Positions 15,315 through 25,534 are shown, numbered from the stretch's first letter. The stretch is 64,000 bases of DNA from a virus (IMGVR_UViG_3300045988_180454:1-64000); one strand, 5' to 3'. Made by a program: numbers and translations. The notes: a model not told the origin generated them from the letters alone.

Positions 15315-15896
15315 TTGTACCGTTCAAAACAACGGGTTCACTGCGAGTTTCGAGATGATTTCTTTGATAAACTCGATGAAATCCTTAATACATCAAATCA
15401 AAAACTAACAGTACCTCAAAAAGCAAAGCTCATCGCTGCACCTGGTTTTTCTGTTGCCACAGCTAAGGATCAGCTTTACTATCGGGGGAAGAAGAGTCCA
15501 TCAACTCAAAGGGTAGTATCACTCATGAATGTCACCCAGATGGACTTTGAAGAGGTAGTTTCTTACGTTTATATGGGTAACCCTCGCGTTCAGGCAAATG
15601 AGTCAAATGAGCCTAAGTTAGTGCCTCCATATGCCCCCGGCGGAAAATACTGTGCTTTCCGTCCCTGGGTGTTCCCGTATCTCCGCCGAAACCTACACTA
15701 TGCTAACTGGGAGGTTTTCACCAAGATTGTTGGTTTTGATTACAACACAGTAAACGTGCCCTCCCAGCGGGTGCCTATTCTTGAATCGGTGATTTACATT
15801 CTTGAGTTACTAAAGAAGATTGGAATGAAGAGCGTTAAGTTCCAAGACATCATCGTTATGGAACCAGATGTATTGCCTGAGGCAAAGGCAAGCTAG
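15315..15896 (+). CDS. hypothetical protein inserted between nrdE and nrdF (193 aa)
   Basis: ORF 15273..15896 trimmed to TTG 15315, directly behind GAAAGGAAGAGGAG. No nuclease motif (HNH, GIY-YIG, LAGLIDADG) recognised. Confidence 0.55.
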   Translation: MYRSKQRVHCEFRDDFFDKLDEILNTSNQKLTVPQKAKLIAAPGFSVATAKDQLYYRGKKSPSTQRVVSLMNVTQMDFEEVVSYVYMGNPRVQANESNEPKLVPPYAPGGKYCAFRPWVFPYLRRNLHYANWEVFTKIVGFDYNTVNVPSQRVPILESVIYILELLKKIGMKSVKFQDIIVMEPDVLPEAKAS

Positions 15897-15909
15897 AAAG
15901 GAAGAAAAA

Positions 15910-16875
15910 ATGGCTTTTACAGCCGTTGATTGGAATAATCTCAAAGATCCACTTGATCTTGACGTATGGAATCGGATGACTGGTAATTTCTGGTTGCCAG
16001 AGAAGATTCCGCTTAGCAATGACCTGCCTTCGTGGAGTACGGTTCCTCGGGAGGAACAGCTTGCGCTAGAGCGTGCTTTCGCGGGGCTCACGGTGCTAGA
16101 TACGATCCAAAGCGAGGTCGGTGCTCACGCTGTCGGCACCTACGCACACAGCCACCATGAAGAAGCTTGTATGGCGTTTATTGGTGGTATGGAAGCTATT
16201 CACGCTCGGTCTTATAGCTCAATCTTTACGACGCTCAACAGCACTGAGCAGATCGAAGCGGCTTTTGATTTTGCGCACACTAACGCAAATCTTCAAGCGC
16301 AAGCCCGGCTTATCGTTGAGTATTACAAATCCCATGCGGGGGACCTGGAAAGTCGAGAATTTTTCTGCCGAACCGCAAGCGTATTCCTAGAAAGTTTCCT
16401 GTTCTACTCGGGTTTTTATCCAGCCTTGCGGCTTTGTGCAGAGGGGAAGTGTACAAATACCGCAGACATTATCCGGCTTATTATGCGTGACGAGGGCATT
16501 CACGGATACTACATTGGCCTGAAAGCGAAAGCCCTTTTTGACACCCTGCCTCAAGATCGAAAAGAACTTCTCGCAGGACGTGCGTTGTTGTTGGTTCGTA
16601 AACTCTATGAACTTCAAGTAGATTACGTACATGATTTGTATGCTGATACCACATGGGAAGAAGACGCTCTAAAGTATTCCGCGTACAATGCCAACAAAGC
16701 CTTAACCAATCTTGGTCTTCCTGTCGAGTTTAAGCCTGAAGAGGTAGATGTGTCGCCTGCTATCTTGGCGCAGATGACGCTGGAAACCAATGAAACTCAT
16801 GACTTTTTCTCTGGGTCTGGGTCTTCGTATATCCTTGCAAAAACAGAAGAATTGAGTGATGATGACTGGAATTGA
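15910..16875 (+). CDS. nrdF: class Ib ribonucleotide reductase beta subunit
   Basis: ORF trimmed to ATG 15910 behind GAAAGGAAG. Di-iron ligand motifs GGMEAIHARSY and MRDEGIHG, plus FYSGFY. Confidence 0.93.
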   Translation: MAFTAVDWNNLKDPLDLDVWNRMTGNFWLPEKIPLSNDLPSWSTVPREEQLALERAFAGLTVLDTIQSEVGAHAVGTYAHSHHEEACMAFIGGMEAIHARSYSSIFTTLNSTEQIEAAFDFAHTNANLQAQARLIVEYYKSHAGDLESREFFCRTASVFLESFLFYSGFYPALRLCAEGKCTNTADIIRLIMRDEGIHGYYIGLKAKALFDTLPQDRKELLAGRALLLVRKLYELQVDYVHDLYADTTWEEDALKYSAYNANKALTNLGLPVEFKPEEVDVSPAILAQMTLETNETHDFFSGSGSSYILAKTEELSDDDWN

Positions 16876-17119
16876 TAACCCAAATGTGGTAAAAGGCAAG
16901 AGTCTAGAGATTATTCCTTGGGAGGGGCAGAAGGTTATTCTGCATAACCTAGCGTCAACCAAGGCGGTGAAGGAAATGAAAGCCCGCGGGTTTCTTTGGC
17001 AAGATAAAAAACCTGACGGTACACCGTTTTACTATTTTGATTTTGCCTACGGCACCGAAGAGATTTTGGTGAGTGTACTACACGGCCTCGGCTTCCAGAA
17101 GTGGCGAAAGGATAAATAA
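16856..17119 (+). CDS. hypothetical protein (87 aa)
   Basis: Overlaps the nrdF end by 20 nt, and its stop overlaps the next start (TAATG). Confidence 0.55.
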   Translation: MMMTGIDNPNVVKGKSLEIIPWEGQKVILHNLASTKAVKEMKARGFLWQDKKPDGTPFYYFDFAYGTEEILVSVLHGLGFQKWRKDK

Positions 17120-18666
17120 TGTTAGCCCCGTTTCAAAAGGACGGGGTGTCTTTTTTAACCAAAAGGCAAGGTGGCTTACTTGCTGACCAACCTGGGACAG
17201 GAAAGACACTCCAGATGATCGAGACAATAAAAAGCTTAGTTAACCAAGGAGATATTCTTGTCCTAGCGCCAAAGGTGGCAGCTGATGTTTCTTGGCCAGA
17301 AGAGCTAGCGAAGTGGTCGGACGATGAGGTTGTCGTTATTACAGGCGGGAAGGCTAAAAAGGAAAAGCTTCTTCAGCAAGTTGTTTCATCGAAGCCGCAG
17401 GGTCGTAGGTGGATTGTGGCCAATTTTGAGACAGCGAGAGTCCGGTATCTCCGTGGGAATCCGGTAATGAAAACCAAGCCTTACTACGAAGAGCACTTCA
17501 AGGATCTTTTCAAGATCTACCCAAGAGCACTTATCATTGATGAGTCGCACCTCGTTCTTCCAACGAACAAAACCAAGCTTTATAAACAGACCTTGGTGCG
17601 TCGTGGGATTATGATGTTGGCTAAAAAGTCTCTATATCGCTTTGCTGTCTCTGGTACCCCTGTTCGGGGGAGGCTAGAAAACCTCTGGGGCACCTTAGAT
17701 TTTCTATCTAATTCAAAAATTGAGTCCTATTGGACGTGGGTAGACCGGTGGTTTATTACAAGACCAAAAGAGATCTATACGAAGTCTAAAGCGGTACAGA
17801 CAACAGAAATCATTGGATTAAACCCCCTTCTTAAAGAAGACTTCGCTAAGCAACTAGACGGAGTGATGATTCGCCGTAAGAAGCTTGATGTGTTCCCAGA
17901 GCTTCCGCCAAAGCGTTATGCTGGTTCAACTCTGCATGGTGTTGTTGGTCACTGGATTGATTTAACGCCAAGTCAGAAAAGGTTTTATAAGCAAATGAAG
18001 GGGTTGGCATTAACCCGGCTTACCTCTGGAACCCTTGTTGCTCAGGGGATTTTGGCTGAACTCACGAGGCTAAAGCAGTTCGCTAGCGTTTCGGGTGATG
18101 TCGCTTATTCTGTAGATGGTGCAACTATTTTTAATCCTGCTCTTCCTTCTAATAAGTTTGATTGGCTCATAGACTTTCTCACTGAGCGTGGCATTATTGA
18201 CCAGCCAGAGGCGGAATCAAAAGAGGACGGCAAGGTAGTTATCGCTAGTCAGTTTAGTCAAGTGCTTGATCTTTTTGAGAAGGCCTTACTTGATAAATAT
18301 GGTGTCAAATGTTGGAAGATCACGGGGGAAGTTTCATCTAAGAAACGAAGCGAAGGGGTAGAAGATTTCCAGAAAGAGGATTCGGGGCTTCGAGTGATGT
18401 TACTCAACACCAAGTCCGGCGGTGTCGCGCTCACGCTTGACCGTGCCGATGAGCTGGTGATCTTGGATGAGACTTTTATTCCTGATGACCAAGAACAGGT
18501 AGAGGATCGGATTCACCGGGTGAGTCGGATTCACAATGTGATTGTGCACTACGTACGGTCAAAGGGCACAATTGAGGAGACCATTGCGAAAAAGGTTCAA
18601 AAGCGGGAAGAGCTACAAAAACAAATCTTAGATGGGAGCTATGATGTCAAGCAGCTATTTACCTAA
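17119..18666 (+). CDS. SNF2-family (DEAD/DEAH-like) helicase
   Basis: Motif I DQPGTGKT, motif II IIDESH, and C-terminal helicase motifs DETFIPDDQEQVEDRIHRVSR. Confidence 0.85.
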   Translation: MLAPFQKDGVSFLTKRQGGLLADQPGTGKTLQMIETIKSLVNQGDILVLAPKVAADVSWPEELAKWSDDEVVVITGGKAKKEKLLQQVVSSKPQGRRWIVANFETARVRYLRGNPVMKTKPYYEEHFKDLFKIYPRALIIDESHLVLPTNKTKLYKQTLVRRGIMMLAKKSLYRFAVSGTPVRGRLENLWGTLDFLSNSKIESYWTWVDRWFITRPKEIYTKSKAVQTTEIIGLNPLLKEDFAKQLDGVMIRRKKLDVFPELPPKRYAGSTLHGVVGHWIDLTPSQKRFYKQMKGLALTRLTSGTLVAQGILAELTRLKQFASVSGDVAYSVDGATIFNPALPSNKFDWLIDFLTERGIIDQPEAESKEDGKVVIASQFSQVLDLFEKALLDKYGVKCWKITGEVSSKKRSEGVEDFQKEDSGLRVMLLNTKSGGVALTLDRADELVILDETFIPDDQEQVEDRIHRVSRIHNVIVHYVRSKGTIEETIAKKVQKREELQKQILDGSYDVKQLFT

Positions 18667-19738
18667 AACGGTTTCCCACTCCTCAAAAAGGCGGTTTAAG
18701 GAGTGTCCTTGGTCTTATTTCCAGCGGTACGTGAATGGTGTTGAGTCTGTTTACAAGAATCAGCTTCCGCTTTTCTTTGGATCTGGAATCCACGAGGCGC
18801 TGGAGAAGTGGTATATCCCGGGCTCAGATCGTGGTATGCACCCTGTCGATGGCTGGGTAAGTTTTTTCACTTCTCAGACGGAAAATCCTGAGTATGCAGA
18901 GCTTTTCCGGGATCAGGATAGGATGAATCAGCAGCTTGATCTTGGCGTTAACATGCTTGAAGGTTATTTACACCACTGGGGTGAAGATAAGTATATCTAT
19001 GTTATTGCCAATGAACAGCGATTTAAATGGAACATCCCTTACGTAGGGCCTAATAACCAACAACTTCAACGCGATCTTATCGGCGCTGTTGACCTGGTGT
19101 ATCAAGATATGGATAACTATGGACGCTTCACAGTCATGGAACACAAGACTGCTTCCAAACTAGGAAGCGAGAACACCCAGTATCTCCCTCTTGATGAGCA
19201 AGCAACACTTTATCTCGCGGTGGTAACTAAAATGTTCCGTGACCAAGGGATTTTGCGTCCTGATGAGTTTGTCCAGGTGATCGTCTATAATTATCTACGT
19301 AAAGAAGCTCAAGATTTAACAGACGTTGATGCTGAAGGCGTCGCGCACAAGAAGCCAGAAAGGAAGCATTATGAGCAAGAATTACTTGGCGTCCCCTGGT
19401 TAACAGAGGAAAAAATCAAAAGCTCTTCGCTTGCAGAGCTCAAAGGTTTAGCTGAGGAACATGAAGTAGTTGTTTTCGGTGACCCGAAGAAGGTGCAGCC
19501 GGCACCTCGCTTCGTGCGTAAGACGACATCAAGGACGAAGCAGGAGATCAAAGACTTTATTTATCGACTACAAAGCGACCTGACGCTTATGCGCTATGTA
19601 GAAGAAGGCATTTTGGCTCCCACGAAGTCGCCAAGTAGTGCCTGTTGTCGATGTGAGCTTCGAGAGCTTTGTAAGCTAGATGAGCAAGGACGGCTGGATA
19701 TGGAAAAGTTACCAAATCTTTATAAAAGGCGGTGGTGA
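18644..19738 (+). CDS. PD-(D/E)XK nuclease, Cas4/RecB-like
   Basis: GAVDLVY and VMEHKT fit the D...ExK core. One N-terminal Cys (KECPW) plus C-terminal CCRCELRELC suggest a Cas4-like Fe-S cluster. Start chosen 5 nt after GGGAG; 18632 and 18641 are alternatives. Confidence 0.7.
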   Translation: MSSSYLPKTVSHSSKRRFKECPWSYFQRYVNGVESVYKNQLPLFFGSGIHEALEKWYIPGSDRGMHPVDGWVSFFTSQTENPEYAELFRDQDRMNQQLDLGVNMLEGYLHHWGEDKYIYVIANEQRFKWNIPYVGPNNQQLQRDLIGAVDLVYQDMDNYGRFTVMEHKTASKLGSENTQYLPLDEQATLYLAVVTKMFRDQGILRPDEFVQVIVYNYLRKEAQDLTDVDAEGVAHKKPERKHYEQELLGVPWLTEEKIKSSSLAELKGLAEEHEVVVFGDPKKVQPAPRFVRKTTSRTKQEIKDFIYRLQSDLTLMRYVEEGILAPTKSPSSACCRCELRELCKLDEQGRLDMEKLPNLYKRRW

Positions 19739-20055
19739 TGGAACGCAGGTATATTTATATCGACTGGGATAATTTATCCCGAAGGTTTATTGAGGACACT
19801 TATTTTCCTTATTGTGTAGTACTTTTTTACGACTCTCCAAAGAATATCCTCGCAGAGGAGAATTTGTTTTGCTGGGTAGGCAAGGTTGGAGAAGACCAGT
19901 ACTATATGAAATCCCAAGAAATGGTGGCTAAAGATATCGTTGCTTGGCTTCACCAGCGGGGATATGGAGTAGATGTTCAAGGTCCCGAATCAGAAGAAGT
20001 AAGAACAGTCATGACACAATACGAGGTGGTAATTTATGAGCGACCAGTTCCTTGA
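19738..20055 (+). CDS. hypothetical protein (105 aa)
   Basis: TGATG overlap with the upstream stop. GTG alternatives at 19732 and 19735. Confidence 0.6.
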   Translation: MERRYIYIDWDNLSRRFIEDTYFPYCVVLFYDSPKNILAEENLFCWVGKVGEDQYYMKSQEMVAKDIVAWLHQRGYGVDVQGPESEEVRTVMTQYEVVIYERPVP

Positions 20056-20767
20056 TAGCTTAGAGACAGCAGAGTCTGTGAGCGAAAAGGTTAACATCTT
20101 GGTGTATGGTCCACCTGCTGTTGGTAAGACCTTTTTTGCGGGTAGCGGGGCTAATGATGGTAAGGGTGTTTTAATTTTATCTATTGAAAATGGACTGAAC
20201 GCCATTAGCCGACCGGGCAATAAAACAAAAATCAAGCGGATAGAAACGTACCCTAAGCTTTTGGAAGCAGTGGAGTGGGTGCAGAAAAACCCTTACGTTT
20301 TCGATTGGGTTATTGTAGATTCGCTTTCTCGGGTGCAGTCAAAGCTTATTTGGCCGTGGATTGCCGAGAACCGCAAAGCGAATCGGGACAAACTTAATCG
20401 TGAGCTGCAAGAATACAATACTGCGTTTCTCCACACCGAAAAACTCATTGATGACCTTTGCTATAGTAAAGCAAATGTTATTTTCTTGGCGACGGATACA
20501 TCTTTAAAAGAAGACTCTCGCATCATTTGCCCTGACATTGATGGTCGCAAGGGAAAAATGCCGGATTACCTTATGGGTCGCATGGATCTTGCGTTCTATG
20601 TTTCTATCGCACAAAATAATCAAGGTGAAATCATACGAAAGTTTGATAGTACACCCCATGAATTTATCCGCACCCAGGATAAGCTGGGGCTTTATCCTAA
20701 GCCTGTGGCAAATCTCACACTTGAACGACTCACAAATGACATGCAAGCTAAATATGGGGTAGACTAG
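20036..20767 (+). CDS. AAA/RecA-like ATPase (Sak4-type recombination ATPase candidate)
   Basis: Walker A VYGPPAVGKT and Walker B-like WVIVDSL. GAGGTGG SD upstream. Confidence 0.7.
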   Translation: MSDQFLDSLETAESVSEKVNILVYGPPAVGKTFFAGSGANDGKGVLILSIENGLNAISRPGNKTKIKRIETYPKLLEAVEWVQKNPYVFDWVIVDSLSRVQSKLIWPWIAENRKANRDKLNRELQEYNTAFLHTEKLIDDLCYSKANVIFLATDTSLKEDSRIICPDIDGRKGKMPDYLMGRMDLAFYVSIAQNNQGEIIRKFDSTPHEFIRTQDKLGLYPKPVANLTLERLTNDMQAKYGVD

Positions 20768-20771
20768 AACA

Positions 20772-21374
20772 ATGCTGAAATTCAACATTCCTAACAGCCG
20801 TCCTTCCTTGGAAGACCTCAAGAAGGCTCGGGAAAATACCGGTGGTTACAGTGGTCCCACCCCGCAACCTGGCAAATATGACACTCGTCTTGTCCAGTTG
20901 AATCTTACTGAATCTCGCTCAGGCAATTTGATGTTCAAGGCTCGGCTCGCTATTGAGGATTATGAAGCCCAAGGCGCATATAAAGGTTTTGTCTTTACCC
21001 ATTATGTGGTGATTCCTTATAACCCATCTGCAAACGGGTTCTCTCTTCAGCTCAATAACCTTGATGACTTCATGAAAGCGATCAGCTTTGGTAAAGACAA
21101 AGCTGATGAATGCTATATCGCTTTAGAAAAGAACGATTATGTGGCCGGTGAAAACAGTGAAACCGATGGTCAGCTTTCCGAGTTTGCGGGAAATAAGATT
21201 GGCGATTTCATTAAAATTGTGGTTGTCTCTGGCCTTCAGGACGACACCCGAGACCCAGAAAAGCAATGGGCACGAGTGAAGTATATCGACGTGGCTGCAA
21301 CCAAAGCGCTTCAAGACGGCAATCCGCCTGAAGAAGACGGATTTGCAGAGCTTGGAGATATGGAGTTGATGTAA
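20772..21374 (+). CDS. hypothetical protein (possible DUF669-type ssDNA-binding partner of the ATPase)
   Basis: The call rests only on position after the AAA ATPase and on size (200 aa, acidic C-terminus). Function is inference. Confidence 0.35.
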   Translation: MLKFNIPNSRPSLEDLKKARENTGGYSGPTPQPGKYDTRLVQLNLTESRSGNLMFKARLAIEDYEAQGAYKGFVFTHYVVIPYNPSANGFSLQLNNLDDFMKAISFGKDKADECYIALEKNDYVAGENSETDGQLSEFAGNKIGDFIKIVVVSGLQDDTRDPEKQWARVKYIDVAATKALQDGNPPEEDGFAELGDMELM

Positions 21375-21375
21375 G

Positions 21376-21642
21376 TTGGTAGAAGTTGACATTTATTCTC
21401 TGCCTCGCTGCACTCAATGCGAGAAAGCAAAGCGATTTATCAAGAATTATCAAGGGGAGCTGAAGGTTTCTGATCGAGGTTTTTTATCAAATCACCCAGA
21501 TATCATTGCTTCAAAGCATATTCAGCAAGCCCCTTATATCTTTATCCGCCACTTAGCTAGCGGGAACACCTATGATCTTACGGGATTTGACCAAGCCAAG
21601 CTTGAATATGCCTTGTCAGACGGCGATGACCAAGCCTGGTAG
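21376..21642 (+). CDS. nrdH: NrdH-like glutaredoxin
   Basis: VDIYSLPRCTQCEKAKRFI carries the CxxC redox motif in the NrdH-typical N-terminal position. 88 aa with a TTG start. Confidence 0.7.
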   Translation: MVEVDIYSLPRCTQCEKAKRFIKNYQGELKVSDRGFLSNHPDIIASKHIQQAPYIFIRHLASGNTYDLTGFDQAKLEYALSDGDDQAW

Positions 21643-21644
21643 TT

Positions 21645-21673
21645 TTGTAAGATAAACATAACAATGTTATAAT
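21645..21673 (+). promoter_or_regulatory. candidate promoter (TTGTAA-17-TATAAT)
   Basis: -35 at 21645-21650 and -10 at 21668-21673, located upstream of the hairpin at 21682-21731. Confidence 0.4.
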
Positions 21674-21681
21674 AATGTTGT

Positions 21682-21731
21682 ACTCACTAGCTGATCTTTC
21701 TTCCTTTCTGTTTTAGCTAGTGAGTTTTTTT
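21682..21731 (+). terminator. hairpin plus T-run directly upstream of dnaE (terminator or attenuator)
   Basis: ACTCACTAGCT (21682-21692) pairs with AGCTAGTGAGT (21715-21725) and is followed by TTTTTTT. The 22-nt loop contains CTTCCTTTCTG, the reverse complement of the SD word. Confidence 0.6.
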
Positions 21732-21744
21732 ATTGGAGTCAAAA

Positions 21745-24700
21745 ATGGATTTTGTTTCACTGCATGGACACACCTCCTTTAGTTTCGGCGACGGTCACGG
21801 CTCACCAGACCAGCACGTTAAGCGAGTAAAAGAGCTAGGAATGTCGGCATTAGCAGTTACAGAGCACGGCAACGTTTCCAGCCATGTTCAGCTAGAGAAA
21901 GCATGCAAGAAGCACGGAATCAAACCTATTTTTGGCGTAGAAGCTTATGTGGCCCCACCTAATGAAAAACATAAATTTCACCAAACAATCCTTGCCATGA
22001 ATCAGCAAGGCTATCGACAACTCAATGAGCTGGTTACTCGCTCTTATCATGAAGGCTTTTATTTCAAGCCAACGATGCATCCTGAGTGGCTGCTAGATGA
22101 AAAGCTTACCTCTGACCTTATTGTCCTTTCTGGTTGCGCTGACTCGTGGCTTTCATGCACTCTGACAGGCGGGAAGAGTATTACAGATGTTCCCCGCTTG
22201 GACAATTTAACTAATCCCTCAGAAGCGGATAAGCAGCTGTATCTCAGCCGCTATCCTCTTGGTGTTGAGCTAGCTAAGCGGTTTCAGGAGTGTTACGGCG
22301 ACCGATATTATATTGAGCTTCAGCCCTTCTCTTTTTATATGCGCACACGGGTTTTAAACTCTATGAATGTTCGGATAGGAAAACAGCTAGATATCCCTCT
22401 GGTGGCCACAGCTGATGTTCACTATCCTTTTCCTGAAGATTGGGAGACTCAGGTTTACCTGAACGCTATCGCGTGGAATCAGACCCCTAGCAGTCTCACA
22501 GAGCGCCGAAATTACCAGCGGGATCCTCAAGCCTACCCGCGGTCTGAAAAAGAGCTATACGGTCGCTTAGTAGCTGCGGCTGTGCCAAGTGATGTAGCAC
22601 GTGAAGCGATTACAATTACCCCGCAGATCACTGAGCGCTGCGACGTCACCTTGCCGAAGAATGACCCTATCCGGTTCCAAACAGGTTGGACGGTAGAACA
22701 AGCAGAAACCCGGCTCATCAAAGAGCTACAAGACGGCTTGCTTCGGCGAGTAAAACAATCAGATACTTTTACTACTCACTATAAAGAAAACAGGCAAGCC
22801 TATATTGACCGCATCAAAAAAGAGTTTGCAGTTATTAAAGCAAAAGGTTTCTGTGATTACTTCCTTATCAATCAAGATGTGATTGGTTGGGCTAAGAAGG
22901 AAGGGATTGTAGTTGGTCCAGCCCGCGGCTCAGCTGCTGGTTCATTGGTTTGTTATCTGCTTGGCATTACAGAAATTAATCCAATGGTATTTCCACAAAT
23001 GCTGTTTGAACGCTTCCTTGACCCTGGACGCGAAGATGCGCCTGACATTGATACGGATTACGAAGACGCAAAACGAGACCAAGTTTTTGATTATGCGAGG
23101 TCTCGTTACGGGCAGGAAAACGTCGGCAATATCGGAAATTTCTCTCGCTATCGAGGGAAAATGGCTATTAAAGATGTGGCAAGAGTCACAGGTGTTCGCA
23201 TTGATGTAGCAGATAAATATAATAGCTATATTGAGCAGCTGCCGTTTGGTGACCCTCGTGAATTTGAAACAGCGAAAATCGCTTCAGAGAATTTTGAAGA
23301 AGCTAAGGCAATCATTGATAGCCACCCAGGCTTAGAGAAGGCATTTGAGATTGAAGGCGATATGAAGACGCTCTCTATCCATGCCGCAGGGATGGTTTTA
23401 AGCAACAAACCAATTAAAGAGACATGTGCTTTATATCACTCAACCAAGTCTAGTGGGGTAGACACGGAGGTTATTGCTTTTGATAAACGTGACGCAGCTT
23501 ACCTCAACCTTCTCAAACTTGACTGCCTAGGGCTTTCCACGCTCACACTTATCTCAAAAGCAATTGAGGGAGCCCCCGATTTCACCATCAATGACCTATA
23601 CAGTCTTCCCCTTGATAACGTCACAGTGCTGAAATCCTTTGCCAATGATGACCTCAATGGAATCTTTCAGTTTGAAGGTCGGTCTACCCGCGCTATTGTA
23701 AATCAGCTATTCTGGGATCGTCCAGACGCTTATCCAGATATTAACCAATTAGCAGACATTAATGCTCTAAGCCGGCCTGGGGCATTATCTTCAGGTATGA
23801 CAGCGGAATATATTCGCGTAGCGCGCGGTGCCGAGCCACGTAGCTACCACCCGGTTGTTGATAAAATCCTTGGCTCTACCAATGGGTGCTTGGTGTACCA
23901 AGAACAAGTGATGCAGATCGGTAAAGAATTTGGCGGGCTATCCGATCACGAGATTGGACGATTACGTAAGATCATTGGCTCTAAGCAGTCAGGCGGAGCT
24001 TTTGATGAGTTTAAGGCCAAGTTTTTATCTGGTGCAAAAGAGAATTGGGGAGCAGACGAAGCCCTCGCTTTAGAGATTTGGGACTACATGGCCGCGTCAG
24101 CGGGTTATCTTTTTAACGTGGCACATGCAGTAAGCTATGCGGTTATTGCTTACTGGTCAATGTATTTGAAGCGAAATTACCCAGCGAGTTTTTACGCTGG
24201 TGCGCTTATTATTGCCAGTCAAAAAGGCAAGGTAAAAGGGAAAGTCAATCCTGTCCGTCCTATCTTGCTTGACGCTAAGGCACACAACATTGATATCCTC
24301 CCACCTCATCCTGCTTATAGTGGCTACACTTGGACTGCCTCAGAGCGATCAGTGAGAGCCGGGTTCCTGCAACTTCCAAAGGTGGGTCCCAAGATTGCTA
24401 GCGCAATGCGGGATGCGCTAAATTCTAGTCCTGATGTTGCTTCTTGGGAGCGCTATATGTACGAAGTGAAAGGCTTTGGAAAGAAGACTGTAGAGGCTAT
24501 TCATGCTTGGCTAGATGATAACGATGATCCTTTCGGCGTCGAGTTTGACGAAAATCTTTATCAAATTGTTACAGAAAAGATCAATAATTGGGAACTAGAC
24601 CTACCAGCGCTCACACTTGATTCTAAAAACTTAAATGCTCAGCTCGGGAATCAGCTGGTCACAACAATTTTACGAGTCGAAGGCCTGAAACGAATCTTTG

Positions 24701-24939
24701 TGGATACAGATGGAATGGATTCACCCCATCTCAACCTCAAGGCGAAACTAACCTGTATTACTAGCAAAGGCAAGGAGGTTGCGGTAAACGTTTCTCGCTA
24801 TCAGTATCGCTCTTTAGCAAGAGAGCTGAAACACTATAATGATGATAAAGAGTTTCTTGTCTGTGTGACAGGAACAACCAGTTTTGAATACGGATTAGCC
24901 ATTCAAGGAAAGGATTTAACCTTTGTCCAACTCAATTAG
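21745..24939 (+). CDS. dnaE: DNA polymerase III alpha subunit (DnaE-type replicative polymerase)
   Basis: PHP motif HGHTSFSFGDGHG, GPARGSAAGSLVCYLLGIT, and the PDIDTD catalytic aspartates. ATG 21745 lies 7 nt after GGAG. Confidence 0.92.
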   Translation: MDFVSLHGHTSFSFGDGHGSPDQHVKRVKELGMSALAVTEHGNVSSHVQLEKACKKHGIKPIFGVEAYVAPPNEKHKFHQTILAMNQQGYRQLNELVTRSYHEGFYFKPTMHPEWLLDEKLTSDLIVLSGCADSWLSCTLTGGKSITDVPRLDNLTNPSEADKQLYLSRYPLGVELAKRFQECYGDRYYIELQPFSFYMRTRVLNSMNVRIGKQLDIPLVATADVHYPFPEDWETQVYLNAIAWNQTPSSLTERRNYQRDPQAYPRSEKELYGRLVAAAVPSDVAREAITITPQITERCDVTLPKNDPIRFQTGWTVEQAETRLIKELQDGLLRRVKQSDTFTTHYKENRQAYIDRIKKEFAVIKAKGFCDYFLINQDVIGWAKKEGIVVGPARGSAAGSLVCYLLGITEINPMVFPQMLFERFLDPGREDAPDIDTDYEDAKRDQVFDYARSRYGQENVGNIGNFSRYRGKMAIKDVARVTGVRIDVADKYNSYIEQLPFGDPREFETAKIASENFEEAKAIIDSHPGLEKAFEIEGDMKTLSIHAAGMVLSNKPIKETCALYHSTKSSGVDTEVIAFDKRDAAYLNLLKLDCLGLSTLTLISKAIEGAPDFTINDLYSLPLDNVTVLKSFANDDLNGIFQFEGRSTRAIVNQLFWDRPDAYPDINQLADINALSRPGALSSGMTAEYIRVARGAEPRSYHPVVDKILGSTNGCLVYQEQVMQIGKEFGGLSDHEIGRLRKIIGSKQSGGAFDEFKAKFLSGAKENWGADEALALEIWDYMAASAGYLFNVAHAVSYAVIAYWSMYLKRNYPASFYAGALIIASQKGKVKGKVNPVRPILLDAKAHNIDILPPHPAYSGYTWTASERSVRAGFLQLPKVGPKIASAMRDALNSSPDVASWERYMYEVKGFGKKTVEAIHAWLDDNDDPFGVEFDENLYQIVTEKINNWELDLPALTLDSKNLNAQLGNQLVTTILRVEGLKRIFVDTDGMDSPHLNLKAKLTCITSKGKEVAVNVSRYQYRSLARELKHYNDDKEFLVCVTGTTSFEYGLAIQGKDLTFVQLN

Positions 24940-25534
24940 GCATATTGAATTTGATTTCTCCAAAGAAGATCTTTGGGAGCTAATAAGGGACAATAAGTTG
25001 CGATTTAAGCCCCAAGAAGATGATTTTATTGCAGCAGTTGATCCGGGTGGAGTAACTGGAATCGCTGTTGCGTGTCTGAAAGACGAGCCGAAAGACTTTT
25101 CTGATATTTATTGGCTAGCGACATCGCAATATGATTTCCGAGAGTTTCAGACTACAGAAGATCTATTCACCGCAGAAGATGAATTTGTGCACCGATTTTT
25201 TGACTTCCTTGAAACCTGGCCTATTGCTGATGATTTTGATTACGGGTTTGTGCACATCATCGTTGAGGATTTTATTCTTCGCCAAGGCGGAATGGGGAGA
25301 GAGCTGCTTTCTCCGGTCAGAATTGCATCGAAGATTCAATATGCAGAAAAATTTCATGACCACGAGTATTACCCATGGACAGATCTTATGTATCAGTCTC
25401 CCAGCTCTATTAAAACTACCTGCACACCAGAAAGGATGAAAGCGTGGGGATTCCCAGAACTCAATCATTCACAGCGACACAGTTTCGATGCTTTGCGCCA
25501 TATCGCCTTTCAGGTCCGCTCATTGATGGTGTAG
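24923..25534 (+). CDS. RuvC-like Holliday junction resolvase
   Basis: AAVDPGGVTGIAV (first catalytic Asp), IIVEDF (Glu), and HSFDALRH (C-terminal acidic/His pair). The TTG start is uncertain. Confidence 0.6.
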   Translation: MSNSIRHIEFDFSKEDLWELIRDNKLRFKPQEDDFIAAVDPGGVTGIAVACLKDEPKDFSDIYWLATSQYDFREFQTTEDLFTAEDEFVHRFFDFLETWPIADDFDYGFVHIIVEDFILRQGGMGRELLSPVRIASKIQYAEKFHDHEYYPWTDLMYQSPSSIKTTCTPERMKAWGFPELNHSQRHSFDALRHIAFQVRSLMV

